Assembly (NCBI GenBank): GCA_038087875.1
Contig: CM075988.1
Span: 12,402,001 to 12,466,000, forward strand
Reading direction: 5' to 3'
Source of the DNA: Malacoraja senta
Taxonomy: Eukaryota
DNA: 64,000 bases
Below are positions 49,250 through 61,096 of the stretch, piece by piece; the first letter of the stretch is position 1, and each line of letters starts with the position of its first letter. A program made the translations under genes and the position numbers. Below the pieces are notes generated by a model. It did no database searches and was not told the DNA's origin. It saw only the letters and a list, made by a program, of their open reading frames with translations.

Positions 49250-50325
49250 AAGGGACCAGAGGGATTGGGTGCGTAAGTCGATGCAAATGGCTAGTACGTT
49301 GAGGAAACGTCAATAAGGTACGCACAATCCTGAGCTTTATCAATAGAGACAAAGTTGGGAAGTCATACTTTACTAAACACAGACACTTTCTAGTGTACAG
49401 GTACATGGATAGGACAGGATTCGAGGGATATGGGAAAAGGCTGGCAGGTGGGATTAGTGTCGATGGGGCATCTTGGTCAGCTCAGCAAATTGGCATGAGG
49501 GGCATGCTTCTGTGCTGTATGACTCAATGACACACACTCAGCCTGATTGTGTGTTCTATTCTGGTCATTTTCTCATAGAAAGGACGTGAAGGTACTGAGG
49601 AGAGAGATGACCTAACATAAGTACATGATGAGAGGGTAGACACAAAATGCTAGAGTAACTCAGCGGGTCAATGAGCATCGCTGGAGATAAGGAATAGGTG
49701 ACTTTTTGGGTCGAGACCCTTCTTCAAACTGAGTAAGGGTCTAGATCTGAAACGTCACCTATTCCTTTTCTCCGGAGATGCTGTTTGAACTGCTGAGTTA
49801 CTCCAGCATTTTGTGCCTATCTCCGGTGTAAACCAGCATCTGCAGTTCCTTCCTCACAAAAATGATGAGAGGTCTGGACAGAGAGGACGGTAGGAGGTTG
49901 TTCCCAATGGTGGTGGGCTTGAGGACAAGTTACAGGTAGAAAACCTGGAGGTCTGTATTTTCCAGAGATTAGAAGAATGGGAGGAGAGCACTGCAAGATT
50001 TTAAGAGCTTCGACAGGATCGATTCAAGTATGATGTTTCCCTGGCTGAAGAGTCTGGAACTGAGGATCACGGTCTCAGAAGAAGGGTAGGCCATTTAGGA
50101 CAGAGCTCAGGAGAAATTACTTCATGCAGAAGATGGTACACCATTGGCATTCTTGGCCCAGAAGGATGGAAAACAGCCATAGTCTTTATTCAGGACAACA
50201 GATTTCTTGATAGTCAAGAAAGGAATAAATATGGGGACAATGCAGGAATGTGGCATTAAAATTAAAGATCAGCCATGTTCTTAATTAATAAGCTTATAAG
50301 GCCAAATGGTTGCCTTCTGCCACAT
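49250..50325 (+). mobile_element. Old, fragmented CR1 with nested inserts
   Basis: Scattered CR1 text (cagagggattgggt, gctttatcaatagagac, agaagggtaggccatttaggac, agatcagccatg). Confidence 0.6.
49636..49861. mobile_element. Penelope-derived fold-back element
   Basis: Inverted arms; TSD atgatgagagg at 49625-49635 and 49862-49872. Confidence 0.8.
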
Positions 50326-50381
50326 CTAATTGCTTCCTTTTGTTATATTTTTAAAGTCCATCAAGATTTGATCCATCAAGA

Positions 50382-50476
50382 GTCTGAAGAAGGGTTTCGG
50401 CCCAAAACGTTGCCTATTTCCTTCACTCCATAGATGCTGCTGCACCCGCTGAGTTTCTCCAGCATTTTTGTGTACC
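50382..50476 (+). mobile_element. 95-bp hammerhead unit, copy 1
   Basis: GTCTGAAGAAGGGTTTCGGCCC...TGTGTACC; GAAA box mutated to AAAA. Confidence 0.8.
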
Positions 50477-50725
50477 TAAAATATTTGATCAAGAACTGGA
50501 TTAACCAACTTCAGATGGATTGATAAATAGATATTGTTTTAAAAAAAAAAAATCTTCTTCTGAAACCTTGATCAGCATATTTTGTCCTGGAAAATTACTT
50601 ACTATTTCCAATATGAGCATTGGTGGAAAACACTAAATACAGTGAAAAGGCAAAACATAAATTGCAGAAAGATATCTGTGTTTTTGAAGAAAAGAAGGTC
50701 CTAACCTGAAATATCACCTATCACC

Positions 50726-50820
50726 GTCTGAAGAAGGGTTTCGGCCCGAAACGTTACCTATTTCCTTCGCTCCATAGATGCTGCTGCACCCGCTGAGTTT
50801 CTCCAGCATTTTTGTGTACC
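50726..50820 (+). mobile_element. 95-bp hammerhead unit, copy 2, inside an older copy of the same family
   Basis: 3 differences from copy 1; atcacc on both flanks. Confidence 0.8.
50728..50755 (+). ncRNA. Minimal type I hammerhead ribozyme motif
   Basis: CUGAAGA-A-GGGU-UUCG-GCCC-GAAAC-GUU. Confidence 0.7.
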
Positions 50821-50969
50821 ATCACCTATCCATGTTCTCCGGGGATGCTGTCTGACCTGCAGTGTCGCTCCAGCAACTTGTGCCTTTTTAAAAAATTGTA
50901 AACCAGCATCTGCAACTCCTTGTTTCTACAAGACAGATTAGTGTTTTATTAGAATGAAACCTCCACCTA

Positions 50970-51420
50970 ACATGTTGGCCTTCATCGGATGGGGCATTGA
51001 ACACAAGAGTTGGAACATCATACCCCAGCTCTGTAGAAGTTGGCGAGACCACACTGGGAATATTGTATACGTTTCAGGACACCATACAGTCAGAAGGATG
51101 TGAGGAAGCCAGAAAGACCACAGAAAAGATTCATGGCGATGTTGCTCATGGGTCTGATGGCTTGAGGAGAGATTGGATAGCTTGCAGCTTTTTTTCCCTG
51201 GACCGATGGAAGCTATGGAGTGACCTTATAGAGGTTCATAAAATCATGAGGAACATAGAGAAGGTTGATGGTCGCAGTCTGTGACTGAGGTTAGAGTAGT
51301 GTAAAACTGGAGGGGATAGATTTAACATGAAATGGGTCCAGAGAGGCAAGTTTTTCACACACAAGTTGGAGAGTATTCAGAACAGCTGCCAGAGCAAGTG
51401 GTAGAGACTGGAACAATTAT
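50970..51420 (+). mobile_element. Older CR1 fragment
   Basis: atgttggccttcatc...gagaccacactgg...gtgaccttatagaggttcataaaatcatg. Confidence 0.7.
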
Positions 51421-51429
51421 ATCAATTAT

Positions 51430-52333
51430 AGCTGTGAGGAGGATGCTAGGAGACTGCAAGGTGACTTGGATAGGCTGGGTGAGTGGGCAAATGTTTGGCA
51501 GATGCAGTATAATGTGGATAAATGTGAGGTTATCCACTTTGGTGGCAAAAACAGGAAAGCAGACTATTATCTAAATGGTGGCCGATTAGGAAATGGGGAG
51601 ATGCAGCGAGACCTGGGTGTCATGGTACACCAGTCATTGAAAGTAGGCATGCAGGTGCAGCAGGCAGTGACGAAAGCGAATGGTATGTTGGCCTTCATAG
51701 CAAGAGGATTTGAGTATAGGAGCAGGGAGGTTCTACTGCGGTTGTACAGGGTCTTGGTGAGACCACACCTGGAGTATTGTGTACAGTTTTGGTCTCCAAA
51801 TCTGAGGAAGGACATTATAGCCATAGAGGGAGTGCAGAGAAGGTTCACCAAACTGATTCCTGGGATGTCAGGACTTTCATATGAAGAAAGACTGGATAGA
51901 CTTGGCTTATACTCGCTGGAATTTAGGAGATTGAGAGGGGATCTTATAGAAACGTACAAAATTCTTATGGGCTTGGACAGGCTAGATGCAGGAAGATTGT
52001 TCCCGATGTTGGGGAAGTCCAGGACAAGGGGTCACAGCTTAAGGATAAGGGGGAAATCCTTTAAGACCGAGATGAGGAAAAACTTTTTCACACAGAGAGT
52101 GGTGAATCTCTGGAACTCTCTGCCACAGAGGGTAGTTGAGGCCAGTTCATTGGCTATATTTAAGAGGGAGTTAGATGTGGCCCTTGTGGCTAAATGGATC
52201 AGGGGGTATGGAGAGAAGGCAGGTACGGGATACTGAGTTGGATGATCAGCCATGATCATATTGAATGGCGGTGCAGGCTCGAAGGGCCGAATGGCCTACT
52301 CCTGCACCTATTTTCTATGTATCTATGTATCTA
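51430..52333 (+). mobile_element. Young 5'-truncated CR1 (HER1-like) LINE; ORF2 C-terminus open for 256+ codons
   Basis: ORF 51466-52236 WQMQYNVDKCEVIHFG...RPHLEYCVQFWSP...VVNLWNSLP; 3' UTR; (ctatgtat)n tail. Confidence 0.95.
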
Positions 52334-53700
52334 AGTGCAAGGAATGGTATGTTCCTCCATACTTGGCCTTCTCTGATCTCACAAAAGCTTTTGACTATAT
52401 TAAGTGGAAGGGAGGGTGGAATACCCACCTTAAATTCAGCTGCCCACAGAAGGTCATCTCTGTCTTACATTTGCTCCACAATGATATGCAATCCATGGCA
52501 CTAACCTAGTCTGCAATCCCCGTGAAAGACTGACATTAAACCGACATTGCCACAATACTTTCCTTCATCTTTCTCGGTGCAATCTTGTGCCTATGCTTCA
52601 AAGAAACGTCCCCAGGGACTGGAGATTATTTTCGGACCTAATGGGAAGCCTTGCTCCACTCCAGAACCAAGATCACCAGAATCTCAGTAAGCAAGCTGCA
52701 GTATACACACATTCCTTGCCGTTCAAACACCCAGAGCTGTAAGATATTAGTCATAGTCCTACAGTGTGGAAACAGGCCCTTCAGCGCAACTTGCCCACAC
52801 CGACCAGCATGTTCTATCTACACTATTCCACCTGCCTGCATTTGGCCCTTGTCTCTAAACCCTTCCTATCCATGTACCTGTCGAAATGTTTCTTAATGTT
52901 GCTATAGTACCTGCTTAAAAGTTCTAATAGTACCTGAAGTTAAATGTTGACTTGTCCACCGAAGCACACAAGAGGATACAATACAATACAATACAATACA
53001 ATACCGTTTATTATCATTTGGACCTCAAATGAGGTTCAAACAAAATTTGGTTTCTGCAGTCATACAACAAGAAAAGAACCAAGACACAACACAATTTACA
53101 CAAACATCCATCACAGTGGATCTCCTCCTCACTGTGATGGAAGGCAAAGTCTTGTCTCTCCCCTGCACTCCCCATTCTCCTCCCGATGTCAAAGTCAAAG
53201 CCCCCGGCGGGCGATGGTAAGTAAGTCTATGGATCTTAGGCTGCCAAGATCAAGGTTCTCTCTCAACCTGAAGCCTCACATTGCCCTCCAATAATAAAGG
53301 ACGATGACAAGAGTTTGGAAAGAGTGGACCAATTCCAATATATCCAGAGCCATCTCTCGCTGAAGGTGGACATTGAATGCAAAGTTTACCATCACTTTCA
53401 ATGCACCAGCACAACCTTTGGCTGATTGAAGAGAGGGATATTTAAAACCTGGTTAGTTGTGAGCTCCTCCTGTGTGCTCTGAGACCCGTGCTGCCTACAG
53501 CAAGCATTGGAAAATACCAGGAAAACACCAACATCACTGTTTCCATGGAATCCTGCAAGTTTGTTGGTAGGATGAAAAAAACAACATCGGCCTCATTTCT
53601 CCAACCAATAACCCAGCACTGAGATCCGAGTTACTCTCGGTTGGAAATGTTGGGCATGCCTGACACCAGACTCCAACAGAGATATTGGTCTGAGCTGTGA
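52334..53700 (+). mobile_element. Ancient RTE (BovB-like) LINE relic, interrupted by younger inserts (about 52745-53225)
   Basis: KCKE...YLAFSDLTKAFD...CPQK...LLHNDM; later VDQF.Y..SHLS.K.DI. Confidence 0.7.
52975..53225 (-). mobile_element. LINE-type 3' end with (GTATT)n tail
   Basis: (aatac)5 followed by tttattatcatt on the plus strand. Confidence 0.5.
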
Positions 53701-53701
53701 T

Positions 53702-53973
53702 TTACTTTAGAGATCCAGCGTGGAAACAGGCCCTTCAGCCCACCGAGTCCTCGACGACCAGCGATCCCCGCACATTAACACTATCTCACACGCACTAGGA
53801 ACCATTTTACACTTATACTAATTTTACACTAATACCAAGTCAATTAAACTACAAACCTGCTTGTCTTTGGACTGTGGGGGAAACTGAAGATCTCAGACAA
53901 AACCCACGTAGGTCACGGGGAGAACATACAGACTCTGTAAAGACAGCAACTCTACCGCTGTGCCACCGTGCTG
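53702..53973 (-). mobile_element. HE1-type V-SINE
   Basis: Family match. Confidence 0.85.
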
Positions 53974-54711
53974 CTCCTATTGATCTGGAGGGGTTTATTA
54001 CGTGGGAACGAATGTGCTTGAAGACCATACAGGACGGCCAAAGGGAAGAATTGTGTGCCATCTGGTCACCCAATAGAAGGAAGAATATGTTTGCACTACA
54101 GGAGATGCAATGAGGATTCACTCAGTTGATCCCAGGGAAAGTGGATCTGCTGCAGGAGGGGGAGAGAGGATGCCACCACCATTTGTATTGACTGAAGTTT
54201 TGACAAATGAATGAGGATATATTTGAAGGTTGCAATGTTTTGATTAGGACTACACAAAGTGGATGCAATAAGTATATTTCTTCTGGCTGGCAAGTCTGGA
54301 ACAAGTGGTTGCTGTCTCAGAATAAGACGTGGGACTGAGATGAGGAAACAATTATTCATTCAGCTGGAATTAAACCAATGAAAGTTGCCAGCCCAGAGGA
54401 CCAAGCAGCCAAGTTGCCGATTATATTTTAGGTTGAGATCTTTGAATCACCAGCTATCCATACCCAGATGACAATGTTAGTAAATGACCATTGACAAGGT
54501 GGTGAAGTCTGGTTTTAAGTCGGTGGTCTTGGTGGCTACCAAGACCAATTCAGTGGTTGCTTGGCAGCGGGCTGAAGAGAGATAATTTATTAAGGATTAG
54601 AGCCTGCAAAAAATACAAAATACAGTGTATAGACTGCAGTCATAGTCTTTTTTACACTTAAGCAAAACTAAGGTCACTGCACCATGCAGTAGGTTTGCTG
54701 GTAATTCATTG

Positions 54712-55215
54712 GATAGCACAGTGGTGTAGCTATTGGAGCTGCTGCCCCATAACATCAGCAGCTCAGCTTCAATTCTGACTTCTGGTGCTGTCTGTGTGGA
54801 GTTTGCTCGTTCACACTGTGGCTCCATGGTTTCCACTGGTTCTCCAGTTTTTCTTCCCACATCCTAAAGACATGTGAAGGAAAGAACTGCATATGCTGGT
54901 TTAAATCGAAGGTAGACAAAAAATAGTTATGCTGGAGTCATGCTCCAGTTACGCTGGAGTAACTCAGCGGGACAGGCAGCATCCCTAGAGAGAAGGAATG
55001 GGTGACATTTCGGGTCGAGACCTTTCCTCCTACTGAAGACCTAAAGACGTGTGGTTGGTAGGTTAAATGCCCATGGTAAAGTGAATGGCCATTGCCAGGT
55101 GAGTGGGAACATCTGAAGGAGTTGATGGGAATGTGGGGAGAATACATTACAGCAACATTTGGTTGGGAACGGAAGCATTGTGAGCAGTCTTGTACTCAAG
55201 GGTTGAAATGTCTCC
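54712..55215 (+). mobile_element. Older HE1-type SINE with a Penelope-derived insert (54877-55039)
   Basis: TSD cctaaagacRtgtg at 54863-54876 and 55040-55053. Confidence 0.75.
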
Positions 55216-55617
55216 TTTTAGGTTGTAAAGAAAAATATGAGAAAGATACAGATGGAAAATCAGTTGATTTTTCGCTTTGCAGCATTTTCCAGTGGAGGAA
55301 AATTGAAAAACTATAATTGCTAAAATCTGACATCAAAATCCAGAAAAGGCTGGAAGCATTCAGCAGGTTCAGCAGCATCTGTGGAAAGAGAAACCGACTG
55401 ATGTTTCAGGTTAAAGACTTTCCTTCCAACTATAAAGGACTTTGCCCTGAAATGTTAACTTTGTTTTTCATTCCACAGATGCTGCCTGACCTGCGGAAAC
55501 TGGCATTTTGGTTTTTTTTACATTTTGTTTATGTCCAAACCTCCAAGCCTTTGAGTAGACTGCAACCAGGTGTGACTGGAATAGGGAAGGGTGGTCAGAT
55601 GGAACAGGGCAGGGAAG

Positions 55618-56075
55618 TGTCAAGAGTGTTTTATTGTCATATGTCCCAAACAGAACAATAACATTCTTACTTGCAGCAGCATAACAGAATATGTGAACAT
55701 ATAAAATCTGTTTATAGTACTCTATAAACAATGTCATCAACCAAAACCAATCCCTCCAAGTCTATGTGCAGGAAAGAACTTCAGATGCTGGTTTAAATCA
55801 AAGATAGACACAAAATGCTGGAGGAACTCAGTGAGACAGGCAGCATCTCTGGAGAGAAAGAATGGGTGATGCTTCGGGTTGAATCTAAAGAAGTTACTCC
55901 AGCATTTCATGTCTTTACCGTCAAATTGATGTTGTTCAGAGTGTTGTTGTTCAGAGCTTATTTGGAGGTTGTTGGGAAGAAGCTGTTCCTGGATCTAGAT
56001 GTTACAGTTTTCAGGCTCGTACAGTATATCTTTGTACCGTTGGCAGTAGTGAAATGAGTGTGTGGCCAGGGTGGT
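55618..56075 (-). mobile_element. Rex1/Babar 3' end with a Penelope-derived insert (about 55765-55915)
   Basis: Parallels 20586-20964 (gggaagaagctgttcctg...gagtgtgtggccagggtggt). Confidence 0.7.
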
Positions 56076-57299
56076 GGAAAAGGAAGAGCAGGATATGTAA
56101 TACTAGATAAAGGTAACTTTGGTAACTTAGACACAAAAAGCTGGAGTAACTCAGCGGGACAGACAGCATCTCTGGAGAGAAGGAATGGGTGACGTGTTCA
56201 GTGCTGGAAGCAAAAAAAAACTAAATCTAATGCTTCAGCGATAGAATCGTGAAGATGCATTTGTCAGCAAGGAAGTGCAGTATACTTCACCCAGCAGTAT
56301 TGGCTCAGCTGATGAATTTGTACCTGAAGCAAACATACATGGTTGCCTGGCACAGAGCTGCTTTTCAGCTGCCTGTAATATCTCGCTGCTCAACGTGCAT
56401 TCAGAGTAAGGAAAGCATTTAAGTTGTTATTGGTTTTCCGAATTGAAACCGTGGCTTATTCACTCCAAGATAATTGCACTCACCCTTTCACCTCCTGCTT
56501 TTGTCACTGACACAGTGACTACATGCTTTTTGAGGAAAGAATTATGTGTACCTGTTTAGCCTTGTCAGATTTTTCCATTACAATAGACATGTTGACTATG
56601 CTTATATAATCTACTTTTATCCCAGTGAAAGCGTGTGTTTCTGCTGGTTATTTTGAGGAGCCTCCAGCTTTGATGATTGTGAAATAACCACAGATTATGG
56701 AGGTGGGTGGCAAAATTGATTTGGCAAGTTTGACGATAAATGACTTTGCGCACAAATGTAATTGGGACATCCAATGAAATTTAGCCAGTTTATCATTTCA
56801 GCCCAAAGGATTTAGCAGTTGCAGTAATCAAATCAGTAGGTTTATGCATCTTCTGGGTATTCTTATAACGGTAGAAAGTGCATCTGTTGTCTTTAAGTGG
56901 GTTAATGAAGTGAATGCTGAGCACTCTCAGGATGCCAATGGATTCTGTGCAGAATTGCTTTATGTTGCTTAGCATGAATGAGTCAAACAAAGCTGGAATC
57001 GTAGTTTAGCACCTTTTGATCTGCCTTTGCTTTTCCATATGTGCAAGAGGGAACTGCAGATGCTGGTTTACACCGAAGATAGAAACAAAATGCTGGAGTA
57101 TCACAGTGGGCCATGCAGCATTGAGTGACGTTGAGATAGTCCAGAATTTTGCATCTATCTTCTGCTTATCCATACATCGATTAGAATGGATGCCCAGGGA
57201 TTGTTCAACTTTGACCATACACTTTGAGCTCCAAATGGTGTATCAAGCCCTGATTAGCCAGGCATTTTAATATTGCAGTAAGTCACCATGAACTTGAAG

Positions 57300-57700
57300 C
57301 TATTAGATTACTAATATTGAAGGCTGAGGTGTGAACCTATTGAGGTATATAAAGTCATAAAGGACAGAGGAAAGGTGAATGATCACAGCTTTTTTATCAG
57401 GGAAGTGGTGTCTGAACCTTGAGGGCATAGATTCAAGATGAGGAGGGAAAGATGTAAAGGAGACATGAGGGGCAAATTGGTCACACAGAGGGTGGTGTTT
57501 ATGTGGAACACACCCTCAGAGGCAATGGCAGAAATGGGTATAACCAAAATGTCTAAAAGACATTCGGACAGGTACATGGATAGGAAAGATTTTGGTCCAT
57601 ATCTCTTATGGACCAAACACAGGTAATTTGTACACGCTCTGGTAGGCAACTTGGCTGGGGTGAACGTGTTGGAACAGGGAGCCTGTTTCCATACCATATA
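57300..57700 (+). mobile_element. CR1 3' fragment
   Basis: aggctgaggtgtgaacctattgaggtatataaa...cacacagagggtggtg. Confidence 0.75.
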
Positions 57701-58644
57701 ATTAACCTTTATCCCTCTTGAATAGAAATACCTGATAATTATGTTGCCAAATTCTTCCTGAAGAGACCTTTTTACTCCCCTTTCACATTCCTCAATGCCA
57801 ATTACGATAAGAACAAAGTTGATCTTGCACTGTGATAAAATATTGAGACTAGGAATACTTACCCACTGTGGTTTGCACTGAGAGTGAGAAAAGAGCATCT
57901 GGCAAGCTGCTTGTAAGAGCCTTTGGGGCAGCAAATCAGTCTTTGTGGCAGCAGATTTACTGTTCCAGAGAAAAACAGTTGACATGACTGTGCACCATGT
58001 GTAATCCTACTTGCACTGATGGATGAGAACATTGCATCCCACTCTGCTGACAAAGTGATTGATTTCACCAATGTTGTGGTCACCTTCCCTTCACAGCAAT
58101 CTTACTGCATATTTGATATTGGCACTGAGCCACATTATGTCCTGCACAAAAGCCATATATATATTGCTTGAGAGTTAAAAACAACAAAGACAATAACAAC
58201 TGTCTGGAAGAGATGGTTGGCACTGTTTTTCTAAATACACCACTGGTCTTACACCACTGATACAGTGGTATTCGTACACCTGATTCTGGTACAACAAAGC
58301 TCCTCCTGCATGGAAGGGGAGGGGTTGCTGCTAAAGGCGACGGACTGCGTGTTTGTGTTGGCCGCAGGTTGTGGTGTTTGTGGAGGTAGCCGTGAGAGGC
58401 CCCACAGCAGCCGGTCGAGCAAGTGACTTCAGCGCAGCCTGTAGCAGCTCCATGTAATGGCAGTGGAAAGAGCCGACGGCATCACGCTGGGCCAGGTCAA
58501 CCCCTGCTTCTTCGATTCAATGCCACCTGGACATCAGGCTCTAAAGTGAAAGATGAAATATTGCGAATCACCTTAAAACAAGATTAGACTTTTCAGAGAC
58601 TTGAAAGATACAGGTACGGACTTGAAGATCTGTTGGTATGGTAC

Positions 58645-58786
58645 GCACACAATTCTGGAGTAACTCAGCGGGACAGGCAGCATCTCAACAGAGAAGGAAT
58701 GGGTGACGTTTCGGGTCGAGATCCTTCTCCAGACTGATGTCAGGGGAGTGGGCGGGACAGAGGTAGAATGTAGTCGGAGACTGTAA
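58645..58786 (-). mobile_element. Penelope-derived hammerhead element, cut by a MITE
   Basis: Family motif, continuing gatgtcagggg...gtagtcggagactgtaa as in 63085-63400. Confidence 0.75.
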
Positions 58787-58990
58787 AGGGCCTGTCCCAC
58801 TTGGCCGTCATTCGCACGCCATTTACGCGACCTGCTAGCGTGTGGGTAGCGTGTGGGTAGCGCAGGATGGGCGCATGGAGTGGTGGGGAGGAGTGTGGAG
58901 TGGAGAGGAGGAGTGTACACTTCATCCTGCATGAAATCTTCACGCGCCACCGGCCTGTCGCGTAACTGACGGCCAAAGTGGGACAGGCCC
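58787..58990. mobile_element. MITE, PIF/Harbinger-type (about 204 bp)
   Basis: TAA|AGGGCCTGTCCCACTTGGCCGTCA...TGACGGCCAAAGTGGGACAGGCCC. Confidence 0.75.
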
Positions 58991-59134
58991 AAGACCCTGG
59001 CACGGCACAACGTCTCACCACCAACAGCAGCAGAAGCAGGCAAACGATCGCTGAGCTCGGCCTGGGGCTCACGGCCGTTACAGATCCGGATCCACCCCCA
59101 CTCCTACTCCCAGAGCGGGGCCACGACAATTGGA

Positions 59135-59232
59135 GATAGACACAAAATGCTGGAGTAACTCAGCGGGACCGGCAGCATCTCTGGAGAGAAGCAATGGGTG
59201 ACCTTTACGGGTCGAGACCCTTCTTCAGACTG
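59135..59232 (-). mobile_element. Penelope-derived hammerhead element
   Basis: Family motif. Confidence 0.75.
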
Positions 59233-59251
59233 ATTTTTTTCTGTATCATAT

Positions 59252-59600
59252 CTCCGCCCGCACTGCGACCTAACATCGAGGAACTGGAGGCCTTTGCTGG
59301 AGAACGACTTCAGGAGCTCCAACCGCGGGAGCCTGCGGACTTTAACACCGTGGAGCTCGAGGTCTCTGGTTAGAGATCAACTTCGGGAGCTTCAGGTGTT
59401 TTGAGCGCCCCGACTCAGGCGCTTCGATCGCCCCGACGTTGGAGCTTCAATCGCCCGTTGCGGGGGTTCGGACTGCCGGCTGCGGGAGTTTTGATCGCCC
59501 TGACGGATGGTTCGACTGCCCCGACCACGGGAGAAAAATGAGGGAAGAAGTTAGACTTTATTGCCTTCCGTCACAGGGAGGAATGTGGGGCATCGCTGCG
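59252..59600. repeat. CpG-rich repeat-like segment with about 21-bp subrepeats
   Basis: ggagcttc.atcgcccc(gac) variants recur across 59385-59525. Confidence 0.5.
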
Positions 59601-59953
59601 CAACATTACTGCTGCACCATTGTGCCACCACTGTGCTGGCATTCACTTGCACAAATGCTAAACTATCGGGCATGCATCTTTCATCAGTCAGTTCCCCAAA
59701 TACACGAGGGCTGAGGATGCAATGTGGGACTGGCAACTAACAAGGGGAAATCGAGACATGCACCAGTCACAAACTAATTGTCACGTTGCAAAAGCTCAGG
59801 AGGAATCAATATCTTAGCTCGTAACTATAGTTTCCCTGGCGTACATATCTCAGAAGAATAAATTAGTAAATTGGATCATCACAGGTGATTGAAATCAAAG
59901 AAAATACTTAAAAATAAACTGCACTGTAGATCAAACACAAGAAAAACTGAAAA

Positions 59954-60207
59954 TGTAGAAGCAAGGAACTGCAGATGCTGGATAACACAAAAGGTCACAA
60001 TGTGCTGGAGTTACTCAACGGGTCGGGCAGCATCTTTGGTGAACATGCATAGGTGATTTTTTTCTGTTGGGATATTTCTTCAGAATCCTCTTCCAGCTTT
60101 CTTACCAACCCTTCAATGTAAAGAAGGATCTCAACCCGAATCACCTATCCATGTTGTCTGGAGATGCTGCCTGACCCGCTGAGGTACTTCAGCACTTTGT
60201 GTCCTTT
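59954..60207. mobile_element. Penelope-derived fold-back element
   Basis: Inverted arms with a short spacer; acaagaaaa on both flanks. Confidence 0.75.
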
Positions 60208-61096
60208 ACAAGAAAACCTAAGACAGTTCAAGGAATAGTTTTACCAGTAACGAAGCAATGACATGTAATTTTGCAGAAAATATTTGTGAAAGTACAGGTT
60301 TGAAGGTGCTCAAAATATTTCTTGTATAAAAATTACTATCAATTTGTCCAGTAAAAATGCAAGCAGAAAGCAAATCAGTAACAACATGAATATTACACGT
60401 CAACAGCATTACCATATTGAATTATTTGCATGCCCATGCATTAAATAGTGTTGTAAACAACTGTTATTCTTCATTCTCGTTCAGAAGAGATTGTAGTGGG
60501 AGGGGAGGAAACATGAAATGTATGGAGAGATAAGATATGTACTATTCAATTTTGACCGCGCAGGGTTGGGGAAGGTTGATTGTTGGAACTTGCATTGTAA
60601 ACCTCTAAGCCGTACCTCCTTTAGTACATGCATTATATAAAGCTAACGGGTCTGCCTGTTTACCCTGTAATTAAATATCACAGCAGTGCTTCTACTCCAT
60701 TTGACAACTTAAGCAGGTAACAGGAAGCCTTCCCTTCAAAGTCACCAGATTCAATCATACAAAGTGAATTTTAGTTCTGACCATTAAATTGCATATGGAA
60801 ATCTGCACCATCTGGTCACAATTTTTCACTAAATTATGAGATGTGGCTGCATTAGTCATGGCAGAAATTCCAGGCTATTGTAAAAATAACCTGTTCTGTT
60901 ATTTGCAAAATCTCTTCAATGCTCGACCTTTTAAAAGGAAAATCAGCCTCTACTGACGCGATTATAGGTTTATTCATGTTGTGTACAAAGTCTGGTGCAA
61001 ATATTGAGAGTTATTCTAACAAATGCGTTTGTTTGGATAATACAGATATTTCCACTGAAATCAGAGTTTGCTAATTATGAAACTTTAACTAATTCA

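Noticed and set aside
51466..52236. 256-aa ORF as a domesticated gene
   Set aside because: It is the C-terminus of CR1 ORF2 in a 5'-truncated copy, with no ATG start or promoter and with the LINE tail attached.
57383..57985. 200-aa minus-strand ORF
   Set aside because: Half is antisense CR1; the rest has no recognisable homology.
58573..59129. 156-aa and 129-aa minus-strand ORFs
   Set aside because: GC-rich MITE and repeat sequence that lacks stops by chance.
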